NCBI GenBank assembly: GCA_051294375.1
Contig: CM119264.1
Location: forward strand, 17,000,278-17,064,277
From: Paraspadella gotoi
Lineage: Eukaryota; Animalia; Chaetognatha
Reading direction: 5' to 3'
DNA length: 64,000 nucleotides
Shown here: piece by piece, positions 27,670-42,047 of the stretch
How the letters are laid out: each line of letters starts with the position of its first letter
How positions within the stretch are numbered: the first letter of the stretch is position 1
Translations under genes and position numbers: made by a program
Notes under the pieces: model-generated
Database searches by the model: none
Seen by the model: only the letters and a program-made list of their open reading frames with translations
What the model was told of the DNA's origin: nothing

Positions 27670-30164
27670 TTCTGTATCCTTTCACCTTCTGTTCTCGACA
27701 TCCCATTACCCCTTAGCCCACGTTTCCGCCGCTCGCAACTCTCTTTTCCCGCCCTTTCTCGAATTTTCCGACCGCGTTTCCTTTGTCAGCCCCTCGCATA
27801 ATGCGGCTAATGGCGCCCTTCAACCCGCCTTACTGACACCCAATTTTTTTCTCTCTTTTTAATTCTTTTTTTTTTTTTTTGCTTGAAACTGTCATGCCCT
27901 GATTCCACGCTCCAGATTAAGCCTTCATTTTTTATAGCGCTTTTTTATCAGTACACTCACCAATCGTGGTAAAATCGTTGTTCCAATTGACTTGCAGCGA
28001 GAGACAGTCGACCGAGCGTACACTCTAAGCAATTTAATACGTAGATCTTTTCAAAACGAAATTAAGGAGTTGATTTGAGTGATTACTATTAATCCAAACA
28101 GTAGGATCGAACAATCAACGTATAACGGAGACGCCGAATTCTGAAAAATTACGCGTCAACTAAGTTTCTCTCTGATCAGTGCTGACTCTTAATCTTACCT
28201 TGAGTTTACCTTGAGCTTTTTATCGTTATTTCCCACACAAGACCTTTTGCTTATGAAGTCCTTGTTATTCAGCCTCGCCCCCGGTCAGCGCTTCAAGCAC
28301 AGAAGCATCCAAAGCTCCTGCAATCTCAACTTCCTTATCTCTTTACCTCCGATCCCATCCACCCACCCTACCTCACCTCTCCGCGCACCTCCCTGTCCTG
28401 CCCTCGCGCCTGTCATCTCGGCTCGCTGGTTTAGTTTGTTTTCCCGCGCGCCGAGAGGAGCGTTCACGACACGGCTTCTCTCCCCTTCTCCTCTTCTTTC
28501 TTCTCTCTCTCTCTCTCTCTCTCTCTTTCCTCTATATCCTCTCGCATATAACTTACTCCTTCGTTTTTTAGGATAACAACCATTGTGTTTAATGCATACT
28601 GTTGATGAATAACTAAAAGGAAATTAAATAACATCGAAATTGCGCTGACGTTCTGAGAACTGGAAAACGACCACAAAAGAGAGGGGGGTGATTACATTTA
28701 ATACTCAATGGCTGTCAAGGATAGATAATTTTTTTTTTTCTAAAAAAATCGAGTTACGTTTAAACTCCAATAACACTCGCCGTCTCTCAGTGAATGAATT
28801 AAATTTCTATAATTACAACTCGATTATTTTCCCGCATCTATAATTATGGACTCAACGATTTTAGTTACTTGCAGCAAATTTGTCCTCGTTCGCTCGCTCG
28901 TCTCAGCGAGCAGCTAAAATTCCCACTTGCTCCGGGTCATCTTTACTACTAGGTTTGCTTAGTGAGTTAGTCGATAGTGCCGATACGTACTAATATCAGT
29001 CCTATGAGCTTCCAGGGTGTAGCTGAGGCTTAGACCCCTTCCGTTGGTAATACCCCCAGGTTCAGATCCCTTGCATAATACATTCTTTAAATGAAAACGA
29101 TGACGTGATGATGAATGATGATGATGATGATGACTATGACTGATGATTTGTGATTATGATTATTTGACGATCCTTGAAAACCAAGGCACTTATATTGCGG
29201 CCCCTCCTCTTTAAAACCTGCCCTGACGCTTTTTCTCTTCCTTATCTCCCCTATATATGTCCCCAGTTTCTCGCTAATCTCCGCAGCGACGTCTACCGAA
29301 TTGTTTTGTTTTCGGCGAATCCTGGCGTGAAAAGCGATAACGGTGGCAGCGCCCCTCGCGGCGTGTTTCCATGACGTCGGCCCGGGACGAGGCACGGACT
29401 GTGGCGGCGGACGACGACGATGACGACGAAACGATTGCGATGACGACGATCTTCGTTCACTTTATTGTCTAACCGTTCGGTTCCTTTGGGGATAAGGGAT
29501 CGGTGGAAGGGAGAGTTCGGTGGAAGTTACTTAGGACTGGGAATCCGAGTTTGAGGCGACATTCTACGCTTTCCGTTTAATGACAATCAACGTTTCCTGA
29601 GCTTGTGAACTACGGGTTTAGACCATCCTCACAGGTTGGGAACGGATTGGATGTAATCGGTACAAAATCACGACTAAGGTAGAATGTCTATCCGGTGCGT
29701 GTGACTGGCATATTTTCCCAAGCTGCTTTAACACAACTGCATGGGCCTACTGTCTGATGAAAGTAAATAAAATGGAAATTGTGCCATTGCTGTTCAACCT
29801 GCCGTTGATTTGATTTTGCATGATTTTTTAAACTATAAATTATAACTATATATTAACTAATTATAACTATAAATATAAGAAGTGCTTTTCTTTGAAAAGT
29901 TAGTTTAAACGCAATTTGAGATTGATATATATAATCTCGCTGGAAGTCATACGAGACGCTATTGGATATAAATCTTTGTTTAACGATAAAACTAAAACTT
30001 TTCATCGTAAATTCAAATCTATTTTCCTGCCTCGAGTCGGCGAAAGGATGGAGAAGAATAAACAAATTAAACATTGTCTCTCATAAATCGGACTGAAGTA
30101 AGAGGAAGAGGGAGAAAGGGGTGTGAGGGGAAGGGAGGTCAGCATGAGACTATGAAGTCGGTGC

Positions 30165-30229
<65 letters not shown>

Positions 30230-30363
30230 GAAGACTGAATGAATGCAGCGCTATTAGCCCCGACTTTTCTTTCTAACGTTTCTCCTTTTACCTCCGTTAA
30301 ACTAGCGAAACAAGAGAACGGCCTCCCTGTCATCCTTTACTCTTTATATATTTGTATTGCTCG
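26941..30363 (+). repeat. Left arm of large inverted duplication (LINE-empty version)
   Basis: 26941 'actttctcagatttcgacctcgccccacttt' is the reverse complement of 36085-36114. The match continues collinearly to ~30175 vs ~33139, and 30251-30363 matches 30513-30622. Confidence 0.95.
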
Positions 30364-30392
30364 ATGCTCACTGGTCGCTCTTGGCTGGCGTC

Positions 30393-30436
<44 letters not shown>

Positions 30437-30665
30437 CTCTCTCGTTCTCCTCTCTCTCTGTCTTCGGTGCTTGTGCTGTCCCTCTTGNNNNNNNNNNNNN
30501 NNNNNNNNNNNNCGAGCAATACAAATATAAAAAGAGTAAGGATGACAGGGAGCCGTTCTCTTGTTTCGCTAGTTTAACGGAGGTAAAAGGAGAAACGTTA
30601 GAAAGAAAGTCGGGGCTAATAGCATTGCTTCTATTTCTATTTCTATTTCTTCTATTTCTATTTCT

Positions 30666-33138
30666 TCGAACAATTCGAGACTACAGTAAAAGAAAAATTG
30701 GATGGTTTTTCAACATTGAACTCAAGATCTCCAAATCATTTGGATAAATCAAAAACGAATTTGCTGAAATTATTACATTATCCTCATGAAGAGGTTACCA
30801 TTGAAAAACACTAAAGACCAAGAGAAAGTTTTTATAAGCTGAAAACTAAACAGTAATTAAAAATCAAAGAAAAGCTAGCGAGAAAAATTTAAGAAACACG
30901 AAAGCTGGACTCTCCTTTCAAGAGAAACTTGTCAGAATATAATATACTTTTGTCGCAAACTCCCGGACATTAAACAAAGGGATTAAATTCTTACTATGAA
31001 AAAGAGTTAAAAAAATTCTAGAAGAAAAAGATCCGCAAAAAAATGGAAATTTTAATTTCAGATGATGTACAAACTATAATGGCCATCATTCCCCTCAGTG
31101 ATGTTCTACTCCGAGTGGCACTTGGCGACTACAAAGCGTGAAGATTTGTTCGGAGACACTAAATGCCTTGTCACAGAAACGCCATCTCAATATATTTTGC
31201 AGATAGATTTGGAAGGTATTCTTGGAACGCAGTCCACGTCCGAGAACAATATGGTAATTGAGTGGCGTAATCATGTTGAAAGTTTGCCACAAACAAAAAT
31301 GAAGCTTGATTATTCCCATAACTGGTTTACATAAGATACAATCTAATATAGATGAGGGGAACTTTGAAATGAATAAACATGAAATACAAATCTTAATATA
31401 AAAATTTAGTTGAACTTATCAAATCTCTAAAAACAAAATCAGCTGCAGGACCAGATGGAATTACTTCATGGCATGTTGAAAAACCTGCCAAAAAGAAGGT
31501 CTTGAACACTTGTTAGCCATCATACCTGTGCCTGCACTAAACATTGCTACTTTCCAATCATGGAAACTCGCTCACATCAGAATGATTGCAAAAACGCAGG
31601 AACGAGACGCGACATCATCCAGAAACTATATAGGCGCAATTTAGTTCTACTATCAGTTCTTGGAAAACTCTTTGAAAGAATAATTCTTCCAGGTTAATAT
31701 CTTATGCTAGAACTAAAGAGTAAACGAATAATTTGCAATCAGGGCTACAAAAACGCGTACGATATCTGCCCCATAGAAAACATAGTACGGGTAACTTCGT
31801 AGAAGATGCTCATCTTGGATTTAAAATCAGCAGAGCTGACATTTGGTGCACTCTCGACATCAAAAGCTTTTGACTCACATTTGGCTTGCCAATGGTCTAA
31901 AATACAACATTAATAACAATCAGGAATCCAAACGGAAATTTAACGAATAATAGTATCCATTCATCAGTTGATCGAACCATTTTGTGTTATAACGTAAAGG
32001 TGAACACTTTCACCAGTACCATAAAACATCATTCGTGGTCCCTCACAAGGTGCCGTCTTAAGTCCAGAAATCTTTACTTTCTATGTAGAAGCAACTTCCA
32101 CTAATCCGAAACCGAAAATCCAAAACCAAGTCCTACAACAACACTCCAGCGATGGGAACAGCACACCGATGTTTTGGAAAACACTGCCTCACAATAGCAG
32201 ATGATTCAATCGTCACTGGCACCTCAAGGATCCCGCTAGCGCTGTAACTTGTCTCCAAAAAAACTTCTAAAATCGTTTAGAAGAGCGTGCAAAAAGTGGT
32301 TTTTAGAGACTATTTAACCGATAAGCTGCAACACTAGTCTACTTTTAAACCTCGCACCTATTTACAATCGATATAGCTATAGACATATTTCATTCTTTGG
32401 TAGTAAAATACCTGTTGTCAAACAGTTAAAATTTTAGGAATGTAACTTAGATAAAAAATCCACATGCGCACTCCTACATTTAAATGAATGCTATTCTACC
32501 TAAAGCAAGACAACCAAATTTTAACGCAATCATCGCCTGTCCTAGATTTTGTACCAAATGATAACTACCGTCTCTGTTTACCAATTATTTCCTCTAGTCC
32601 TTGTGTCTCATTTTTATGTATCCATCACAGTCTTGCTTCTCTGCTGCAAGATGTCATTCGGAAAAAATTGACAAGCTTCAGTACTTTGCCATAAGAACTT
32701 TTTCAAAATTTTTACCCGCTCGCATACCCCTATGATATTTATTAAGATCCGCGCACGACCATGATTCCCCTACAGCAATATGTACGCGACTTTTCCTAAA
32801 CAGAAGCTATGCTCGTATAATTCGTTTTAATAATTTCTGTTTGATGCACATATTGATGCGAATTTCTTTATAATCGTATTCAAACACAACATATATCTCC
32901 CGCATAGAACACTTCTGGATGGGAAAATACTAGGAAAAGGAGCGAATCTGTGTTCATTGTCAATTAGAGAGGTTTCATGAAGTTTGTTCAACCGAGTGTA
33001 GTTAGAAAAGTGCGATGCACTTTTGTTTCAAAAGTCAATTACAATTTGTAAAATATTCTTGAGAAATAGGTAGCTTTTAAAGGCCCTCAAGGTGCCTAAA
33101 GCCGCAAGTAATTTAAATATTGTCTATTGTCTATTGTC
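30666..33138 (+). mobile_element. 5'-truncated non-LTR retrotransposon (LINE), Jockey/I-group-like
   Basis: Ordered RT motifs (see next feature), a 3' tail (TATTGTC)3 at 33118-33138, and absence from the homologous position in the left arm. The clade is inferred from motif style only. Confidence 0.9.
31420..32470 (+). pseudogene. Frameshifted LINE reverse transcriptase domain
   Basis: Manual translation across shifting frames: KSLKTKSAAGPDGI (~31421-31463); SWKLAHIRMIAK (~31558); LLSVLGKLFERIIL (~31647-31690); LDI-KAFDS (~31852-31877); PQG-like/QGAVLSPEIFTFYV (~32035-32087); ADD of the YADD site (~32198-32206); KFLG..LDKK (~32428-32458). The many indels may be raw long-read errors. Confidence 0.9.
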
Positions 33139-34584
33139 TCTCTCAACGCACCGACTTCATAGTCTCATGCTGACTACCCTTCCCTCACACCCCTTTCTCC
33201 CTCTTCCTCTTACTTCAGTCCGATTTATGAGAGACAATGTTTAATTGTTTATTCTTCTCCATCCTTCGCCGACCTCGAGGCAGGAAAAATAGATTGAATT
33301 TACGATGAAAAGTTTAGTTTATCGTTAACAAGATTTATATCCAATAGCGTCTCGTATGACTATCCAGCGAGATTATATATATCAATCTCAAATTGCTGTT
33401 TTAAACTAACTTTTCAAAAAAAGCACTTCTTATATTTATAGTTATAATTAGTTATATATAGTTATAATTTATAGTTTAAAAAATCATTGCAAAATCAAAT
33501 CACGGCAGGTTGAACAGCAATGGCACAATTTCCATTTTATTTACTTTCCATCAGACAGTAGGCCCATGCAGTTGTGTTAAAGCAGCTTGGGAAAATATTG
33601 GCCAGTTCACCGCACCGATAGACATTCTACCTTCAGTCGTGATTTGGTACCGATTACAATGCCAATCCGTTCCCAACCTGTGAGGATGGTCTAAACCGTA
33701 GTTCACAAGCTCAGGAAACGTTGATTGTCATTAAACGGAAAGCGTAGAATGTCCGCCTCAAACTCGGATTCCCAGTCCTAAGTAACTTCCACCGACTCTC
33801 CCTTCCACCGATCCTTATCCCCAAAGGAACCGAACGGTTAGACAATAAAGTGAACGAGATCGTCGTCATCGTCATCGTGTTCGTCGTCATCGTCGTCGTC
33901 GGCGCCGCCACAGTCCGTGCTCGTCCCGGGCCGACGTCATGGAAACCGCCGCGAGGGGCGCTGCCACCGTTTATCGCTTTCACGCCAGGATTCGCCGAAA
34001 ACAAAACAATCGGTAGACGTCGCTGCGAGATTAGCGAGAAACTGGGGGTAATATAAAGGGGAGGATAAGGGAAAGAGAAAAAGCGTCAGGGGCAGGTTTT
34101 AAGAGGAGGGGCCGCAAATATAAGTGCCTTGGTTTTCAAGGATCGTCATAATAATCACAATCGTCATAGTCATCATCATCATCATCATCATCATCGTCAT
34201 CGTTTTCAATTTAAAGAATGTATCATTAAAAAAGAATCAAAGTTGAGATCCGACATAGATTAAATAAGCACTGCGCGGGCGGGCGAACGAAATAAATATC
34301 GGAGTTAAATTAATTCATTTTTATAAATTCAATTCCACTGAGAGACGGCGAGTGTTATTGAGTTTAACGCTAACTCGATTTTTTTAGAAAAAAAAAATTA
34401 TCATATCGCTCTTGAGATATATTAAATGTAATCACCCCCTCTCTCTTTTGTGGTCGTTTTCAGTCTCAGAACGTCAGCGCAATTTCGATGTTATTTAATT
34501 TCCTTTTAGTTTAATCATCAACAGTATGCATTAAACACAATGGTTGTTATCTAAAAAACAAGAGTAGTTATATGCGAGAGATAT

Positions 34585-34615
<31 letters not shown>

Positions 34616-35422
34616 CCGTGTCGTGAACGACTCTCTCGCGCGCGGGAAAACAAAAACTAAAACCAGCGAGCGAGATGACAGGCGCGAGGCAGGACTAGGG
34701 AGGTGCGGGAGAGGTGAGGTAGGGTGGGTGGATGGGATCGGAGGTAAAGAGATAAGGAAGTTGAGATTGCAGGAAGCTTTGGTGCTTCTGTGCTTGAAGC
34801 GCTGACCGGAGGGCGAGAGCTGGAATAAACAAGGACTTCATAAGCAAAAGGTCTTGTGTGGGAAAATAACGATTAAAAAAGCTCAAGGTAAACTCAAGGT
34901 AAGATTAAGAGTCAGCCTGATAGAGAGAAACTTAGTTGACGCGTAATTTTTCAGAATTCGGCGTCTCCGTTATACGTTGATTGTTCGATCCTACTGTTGT
35001 GAATTTAATAGTAATTCAACTCAAATACTAAAAACATCCTTAATTTCGTTTGAAAAATCTACGTATTAAATTGCTTAGAGTGTACGCTCGGTCGACTGTC
35101 TCTCGCGCAAGTCAATTGGAACAAACATTTACCACGATTGGTGAGTGTACTATAAAAAGCGCTATAAAAATGAAGGCTTAATCTGGAGCGTGGAATCAGG
35201 GCATGACAGTTTTCAAGCAAAAAAAAAAAAAAAAAAAAATCAAGAAAGAGAAAAAAATTGCGGTGTCAGTAAGGCGGGTTGAAGGGCGGCATTAGCCGCA
35301 TTAGCGCCTCAAAAAGGAATCGAAAAGGCGGGAAAAGAGGTTGCGAGCGGCGACTCAAGGGTAATGGATGTCGAGAACAGAAAGGTGAAAGAGATACAGA
35401 AATCGAGGAGAGAGAGAGAGAG

Positions 35423-35456
<34 letters not shown>

Positions 35457-36809
35457 AAAAAAGAGAAAACAAAATAAGAAGAAAAAGAGAGAGCGAGAGA
35501 GCGAGAAGAGAGAGACATAGAGAGATACAGAGATTCTACGAGTTTGTAGTTCTCTGCGAAAAATCATTGTCTAGAGCAGCTAAAGATGCCCTATTAAAAT
35601 ATCACGCCGTTCTTATGAAAAATATTAGGTGCTAAGAAATCAATTATTAGACAAAAGTAGTAGTACAATGGTGCTGAACTTTTTTTAATTATCTAATTCT
35701 ACTTTTTTCCACTAAGAATAATTTCAAATACAATTATAATCATTATATATTGGTATAGCAATAAAAAGATTTTTACCCGTTGCGCTTTACGTCTTCCTTT
35801 TCCGAGTGACTCGTGAAAGATTTAAAGTTTTAAACTTTTTACACCGACGTCTTGGCATCTATGAAAAACGACGACGACAACATCGTCAACAACTACAACA
35901 ATTTCCGGGGAAGGTGAGGCGCCGGAGAGGAAATCGAGAACGATGGAAGGAGAAAATATAAAAAATAAGAAAAAACCGAGAAAAAGTAAACGGGGGGGGG
36001 GAGAAGGAGAATAAATCCCCCCCCCTTCCAACATTTTATATTCCCCAGGCGAGAGATGTGAGAGGGAGGTAGTTCGAAGGAGGAAAGTGGGGCGAGGTCG
36101 AAATCTGAGAAAGTGGATGCGGTCTCGGCTTGAAGGTGGATTAAAGGCGGAATGTAGTTAAAAAAAAAAGAGTAGGATTATAGTTTGATAGAGATGGAGA
36201 AAATTAATTGAAATTTCCCAGGACGAGAGAGGAAAGTGGAACTTGAAAACAAATTTTCAGCCCAGGGGTATATTGAGTTAGGATTTAAGGGGCTCATCTC
36301 GGGTGGATGAGCTTTTTTTGTTTAAATTGTGCGGGAAGGCGGGTAAGGGAAAATGGGGACGGGGTTAGGGAGGATCTAATATGAGGAAAAGGGGGAAAAT
36401 CAAGGCGGGTTTACAAGGGAAGAGGAAGTATTATAGGAGCGAAGGAGGAAGTGAATTGGAGGAGAAAGAGAGAGAGAGAGAGAGAGAGAACTTTTATGGC
36501 GGAAAGGTCTCGACGTTTATGGAGGAGTCTCGGCCGCTTCTTCCCTATATTTCTTCGTCTAATGGTGGAAATATGGAGGAAGCGTCCCCTCGCTCAATTT
36601 ATGGACGTTTGTCGAGGGTGGGGGTGAGACGAATAAAAAACCCTTCACTCCTCTCCGGTGGCCGCCATCTATGAAGGTTTCCGGGAGGTTAACGAATCCA
36701 TTTTTTAGTCGAACAAACTCGCCGAAAATTAATCGATACGAATAATAAAAAAAAAACGAATTTAAAAGAAAAAAATTAGGTATCGCTCATTAATTTTTTT
36801 TTCTTCCCA

Positions 36810-36867
<58 letters not shown>

Positions 36868-37452
36868 ATAAATTAATGAACGAATCGATATAAATTTAAT
36901 TAATCGATAAATTAACTAGCACACTAAAAACAATTAATCATTCCCACCCAGAATATTAGGCAGAGCAGTTGGAATTTTCTCGGTGGCAGCGAAATTGGAG
37001 TGAAGCAAGGTGGAGGCGAGATTGAGACCTTTCGCAAACAAAAAAAGAAAAATGAGAACAACCGCCGAGACATGAATCGTGACACAACGCCCTCATACGA
37101 CGTCGGCGAGAATGAGAGACGACGACACGTGACGCCGGCGGAGTCACGACGCCAGTCATAGAAAAGAGCAACATAATTATGGGGGTTAGGGCATAGGGGA
37201 TGTGAGTAAAATTCGAAAGCCTTTGACGAAAACCAAAGGTTAATGAAAAGAAACATTGCCGTCGATCCAGTTGCTCCGACGTTTCATTATATTTTCTCGT
37301 GACTATTTGTTCGAAGAGCGACGACTTCGAGAACGACGATGACAACCATAAAAGCGACGATGAAAATTCCCTCCGAACAAACGAGGAAAACCCATTAAAC
37401 ACCGTCGATTGACCTTTAATCGGGGCCAACAATTTCCCCGGAGAGAAATTGC

Positions 37453-37537
<85 letters not shown>

Positions 37538-39128
37538 TGGTTTTTCGCTAATCAGATCAGAGGGATTTGAATATGAGAGATTGGGGATGTGATTGGGAAA
37601 GTACGATTCGGAAGACCGGAGTAGAGGGAGAGAATGAAAGAGTGAGATAGAGAGAGAGAGAGAGAAAAAAAAATTCAGAAATTGATCAAAGAGAGTGTAA
37701 CAATTGGAAAGAAGAGACCGGATAAGAGCGATCAAAAATGACTGAGAACTGTGAAAGAGCACCCAAAAATGGAAAACAAGTCGAAATTATAATATAAAAC
37801 GTCAATAAAACCTTACATCTTTTATATGATGTAATCACTTTTTCGTTGCTAACTTGGCGCATTGAATCTTTTTCAGGGATCTAATTTGGCTTCAAAGGAT
37901 GCAATGCGCCAAGTTAGCAACGAAAAAGTTTTATTCGTTGTTTTGTTTGGCGTAGTATCTCTACAGAGATGCACTGTTCGATTGTTCGTCTGTCATCAAA
38001 ACTCCCTCATTGTCCAAGCGTTCGGATCATGGGCCCGCGAACCAGGATCGAGGTTCAGGTCTAAGGACTAACATCGGGGTTAAGGGCCTAAGGTCGGACC
38101 CGAGGTTTCGCGGTTGAGAAGCGGAAATGGGATCGTTACTCTGAAACGAAAACGCGGAGCGAGGGCGCGGCGATGACCGAAAGTAGGACAAGTAACCTCG
38201 AGAGAGAAAAATAACCTTTTTCGGTTTTTTTTTTCTCTCTCGACGCTGATGCCCGGCGAGGCGCGACAAGGAAGGGAATATGATTGATAGAGTCCAACCA
38301 GAATCTTCCACCTCCTTCTTTCTCCCATCTCTTGGCGCACGAGGCTTTACCCGCGCGATAACAGGAGCTCATTGGCGTGATTGTCTTCACTTTATTTTCC
38401 CTCCGTTTTTCCTCCTCTCTCGCGCTGTTTCACAAGCGTCTCGATGCATATTCATCTTGATTAATCGTGACAATCTCACCTCGGAATAAATCCGAAATCG
38501 TTCCTCCCTTGTCTTTCTCTGTTTCCTTTCCAATCTTTCTCGCTGCCAATCAACGTCGATCAAAAATCCCGGAAGACGTCGTCAATTCTTAAGATCCCGT
38601 CTTTAGATCGGGTGACGGAGGGGAAGGCACGAGAGGCTGGAGGGGGGGACGTTGGCTATCAGGCGTCAGGCAGAAAGGATCTTGTGAGGCCAATCTCGTA
38701 CCCAGAAACGAGGGTTTGATCAAAGATAAGCGACAAAAGCCTTAGCCTGGCTGATTCTGGCGCGGATTCTGTTGCATAGAAAACGCGACATCGTTAGCAA
38801 GCTTAGCCTACAAGAGCTTGGTATTTAGATATAGGTTAACACAACGACTGATCAGCGGGAAGTCCTCGCGCTTCAAAATGCGGCCTTAAACCTATCACCG
38901 ACAACACCCCATCTCCAAATAATAACCGACACGTACAGTCATACACTTTTTCTCACTCTCTTTCCCTCTCACTCTCTCTCTCACTCCCTTTCTCTCTCTC
39001 CCTCCCTTTTTCTCACTCACTACGCCGAAAATGATTTTTTAATGTTAATTACCTTTCAGTGCTCGAGTCAAAATATTTTCCCCTCCATTTCACAATTCAG
39101 TTTCCCCACCTCGCGATTTCATTTTCAG

Positions 39129-39210
<82 letters not shown>

Positions 39211-39329
39211 CTCTCAAATTCACCCAACTCTTCTTCCAAAATCCACCATTACTCCTCCACTCCTATTCATATTCCGTAAAATTTTTTTCATACTCCGTAT
39301 CCATTTGGCGCCCGGCGTACTATTTCCGT

Positions 39330-39486
<157 letters not shown>

Positions 39487-41389
39487 CTTTTCAGGATTTT
39501 GACTCCCTTTGACATTGGAATCCTCGTCCTGGGGAAATATTTCAATTCCTGGGAGAGAACGAGATTTTTTCTCCGTTTTCCTCACCTTTTTTCTTCACTT
39601 TTCCTCACCTTTTTTTTATTTCGGTCTCACCAAACCCGCGAAACCTTCGTCTCGATGCGCGTGATACGCTTTTATCGCGATTATAGGGGATGGATGAATG
39701 GTTCCGATGTTCACGCAGAAAAAAGGTGGGATGAAAGCGCGAAGCCAATCATTTCTAAGTAGTTAATTCTAACCCATTCACAATTGTAATCTCTTCGCCG
39801 CTTTCGTTACTATTCACGCACAAATATTACCTACGAAGCTACAGCACGCGAAAAGGCGAAAAAATCTCCGGCGCCATCACCTAGACTTAGTTTCGGGGAG
39901 GACGATCGTGAACGATCTCTCCCGCAAACGATCCTTTGTGTTCCCGCGGCCCAGAAATGACTCTTTCAGGAGTCATTTATTCGCATGGATGGGCGCGGGA
40001 TCGGGTTGGGCGCTTAATTGGGATGGGCGATGGTTCGGGATGGTTGCCGAATAGGGAAGGGCGCCGGATCGGGATGGGTTTGGCAATGAATTCGGGTGAG
40101 CAAAAGATTTGAGTTGGGCTCTGGAGCAAGAGGGAAAGGATAGGATAAAGACCACAATTGGAGATGAATGATGGATACTGGATATAGCGGTCAAAAAAAT
40201 AAAAAAAATATAATTAATAATCTTTGAAAAAGATTTTCATTTTCTTTTATTAACTTTTAACGAGGAATCTGAATCTGTTCTTAGAATTAAAAAAAAAAAA
40301 CCATATTGAAATTTTGACATTATATAAGGGTAGCACTATATACAATAAAGCTGATTGGGCTTCTATATTTGTAAAAAGTTTACAGATTAGTATTCACTAA
40401 TATGATAGTTTTCTAGATATAACTGCTAAATGTTGATTTAAAACTTTCACGTCACCCTAGTGAACACATAAAATTCTTACTTATTGGTAAATAATTATAA
40501 TATTGAATCAATATTTATAAATAAAGATGACATCAAAGCGAAGTTTTTTCTATTTTTTCTTCAATCAAGCGTTTTTAAGCATTTTTTCCCCTCTCTCCTA
40601 TATTTTCCCTTCCTTGTTTTTATAGAACGAAGAGAGAAAAGCGCATAAAGACGAAATTTCGTATTCAGGAAGTCATTTTCCGCCAGTGATAGAGACGACG
40701 ACTTATGACGTTTCATTAGCAATTTTTTTTTCCTTCCGAAAATTGTTTCCCCAGACGAGAGACGCGAGATGCAAGACGTTAGCCTTAGACTAGGGATCGA
40801 CGTCGTAGAACGGAAGGAAGAGAGATGCAAGACGAGGGGTGAACACGTGAGATGCAAGAAATGAGAAGGAAGATGCAAGATGCCTGAGGAGATTCACGAC
40901 CAGTGAAGGTATGCATGAGACGGGAGATGATTTGAAACACGATATAAATATTTGAAATAGGAGTAGTAATTACTCATTAGCATGTATAAGACAAGACAAC
41001 ATAGACAAAATACCACAGGAGAACAAAGAAGTTGAAATAGGTATATACTATATATCAAAATTAGATAAACTTGTTTCAAACTTTTAAAAATTTATTTGAA
41101 TTGCATAGATTTACATAAAACGGATTTGAAAACGTCAATACGAAATTTAAAAAAATACAAAACTAAAATAAAAAAAGGGAAAATAAAAATTATCTTTTCA
41201 ATTTGATAAACTTAATATTAGTTATTTTTATATCACTCGTAAGAAAGGAACTAAGAAAGAAAGAAAAAAATCGAGGGGGCGGGAAAGAAAGAGGATTATA
41301 GACAAGCGAAGCTCGGAAAGGAGGGGAGCTGTTGAAGATCCCTAATTTCCGCTTCTGAAGTCGGGTCGAGTTTCATCCCTGTTCCCCCC

Positions 41390-41442
<53 letters not shown>

Positions 41443-42047
41443 TCTCAACCTCCGAAACGATTCCAAAGGGCGAGTTCTATCCTTTCCGTTCCTCAATGAA
41501 TTTCTTTGAATTAACATTTTCATTGAGACAAGATTAAAATGGAAAGAGAGAGAGAAAGAGCGCAAACGAAAGAAAAAGGAGAGAGAAGTGAAGAGAAAGA
41601 AAGAAAGAAAAAGAGAGAGAGAGAGAGAGAGCGCGCGAGCGTTGGTTTAAAAAATGACTTTACGGCGAGAAAAACTGCGCGAATTGTTTGTCTTTTCGGT
41701 CGCATTTCAATATTTGAAAAATGGGGCCTTTTTTTTGCGGTCGTAAAAGATAGAAACGCTCGTGGCGTCGGCCATTGCAGCGCGATAGAGAGAGAGAGAG
41801 AGAGAGAGAGAGTGAGAGAGAGAGTTTGAAAACCCACGAGAGAGAAAAATAGAATCGGGGGAGGAGAGGGGAAAAGGGAATAACGCCGATTCGGGTGATA
41901 TGACAAGAAAAGCAAATGGAGGTTTGAAAAAAAAAATATTCTAGCAATTAAATAGAGTTTACGCAAAGATGGGTCTTAATAAACAAAATCACGGACGCGG
42001 AAGACGGTGGACGAAAATGAAGCCTAATTGTAAAAAAAGTTTAAAAA

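Larger units (their letters stand above)
30513..36114 (-). repeat. Right arm of large inverted duplication (interrupted by LINE)
   Basis: Reverse complement of 26941-30363 with ~2.5 kb extra (30625-33138). The arms are separated by 30364-30487 and the 25-N gap 30488-30512. Confidence 0.95.

Noticed and set aside
30251-30622. 112-bp inverted repeat resembling a MITE
   Set aside because: It is the innermost part of the large inverted duplication, separated from the rest of its arm by the LINE.
26941-36114. Giant TIR/foldback transposon carrying an RT gene
   Set aside because: The RT belongs to a LINE inserted in one arm only, the symmetry centre is an assembly gap, and I see no TSD or transposase.
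38590-38920. Balanced-composition stretch, possible TE fragment
   Set aside because: No motif, repeat or terminal structure found by eye; it may be low-quality read sequence.
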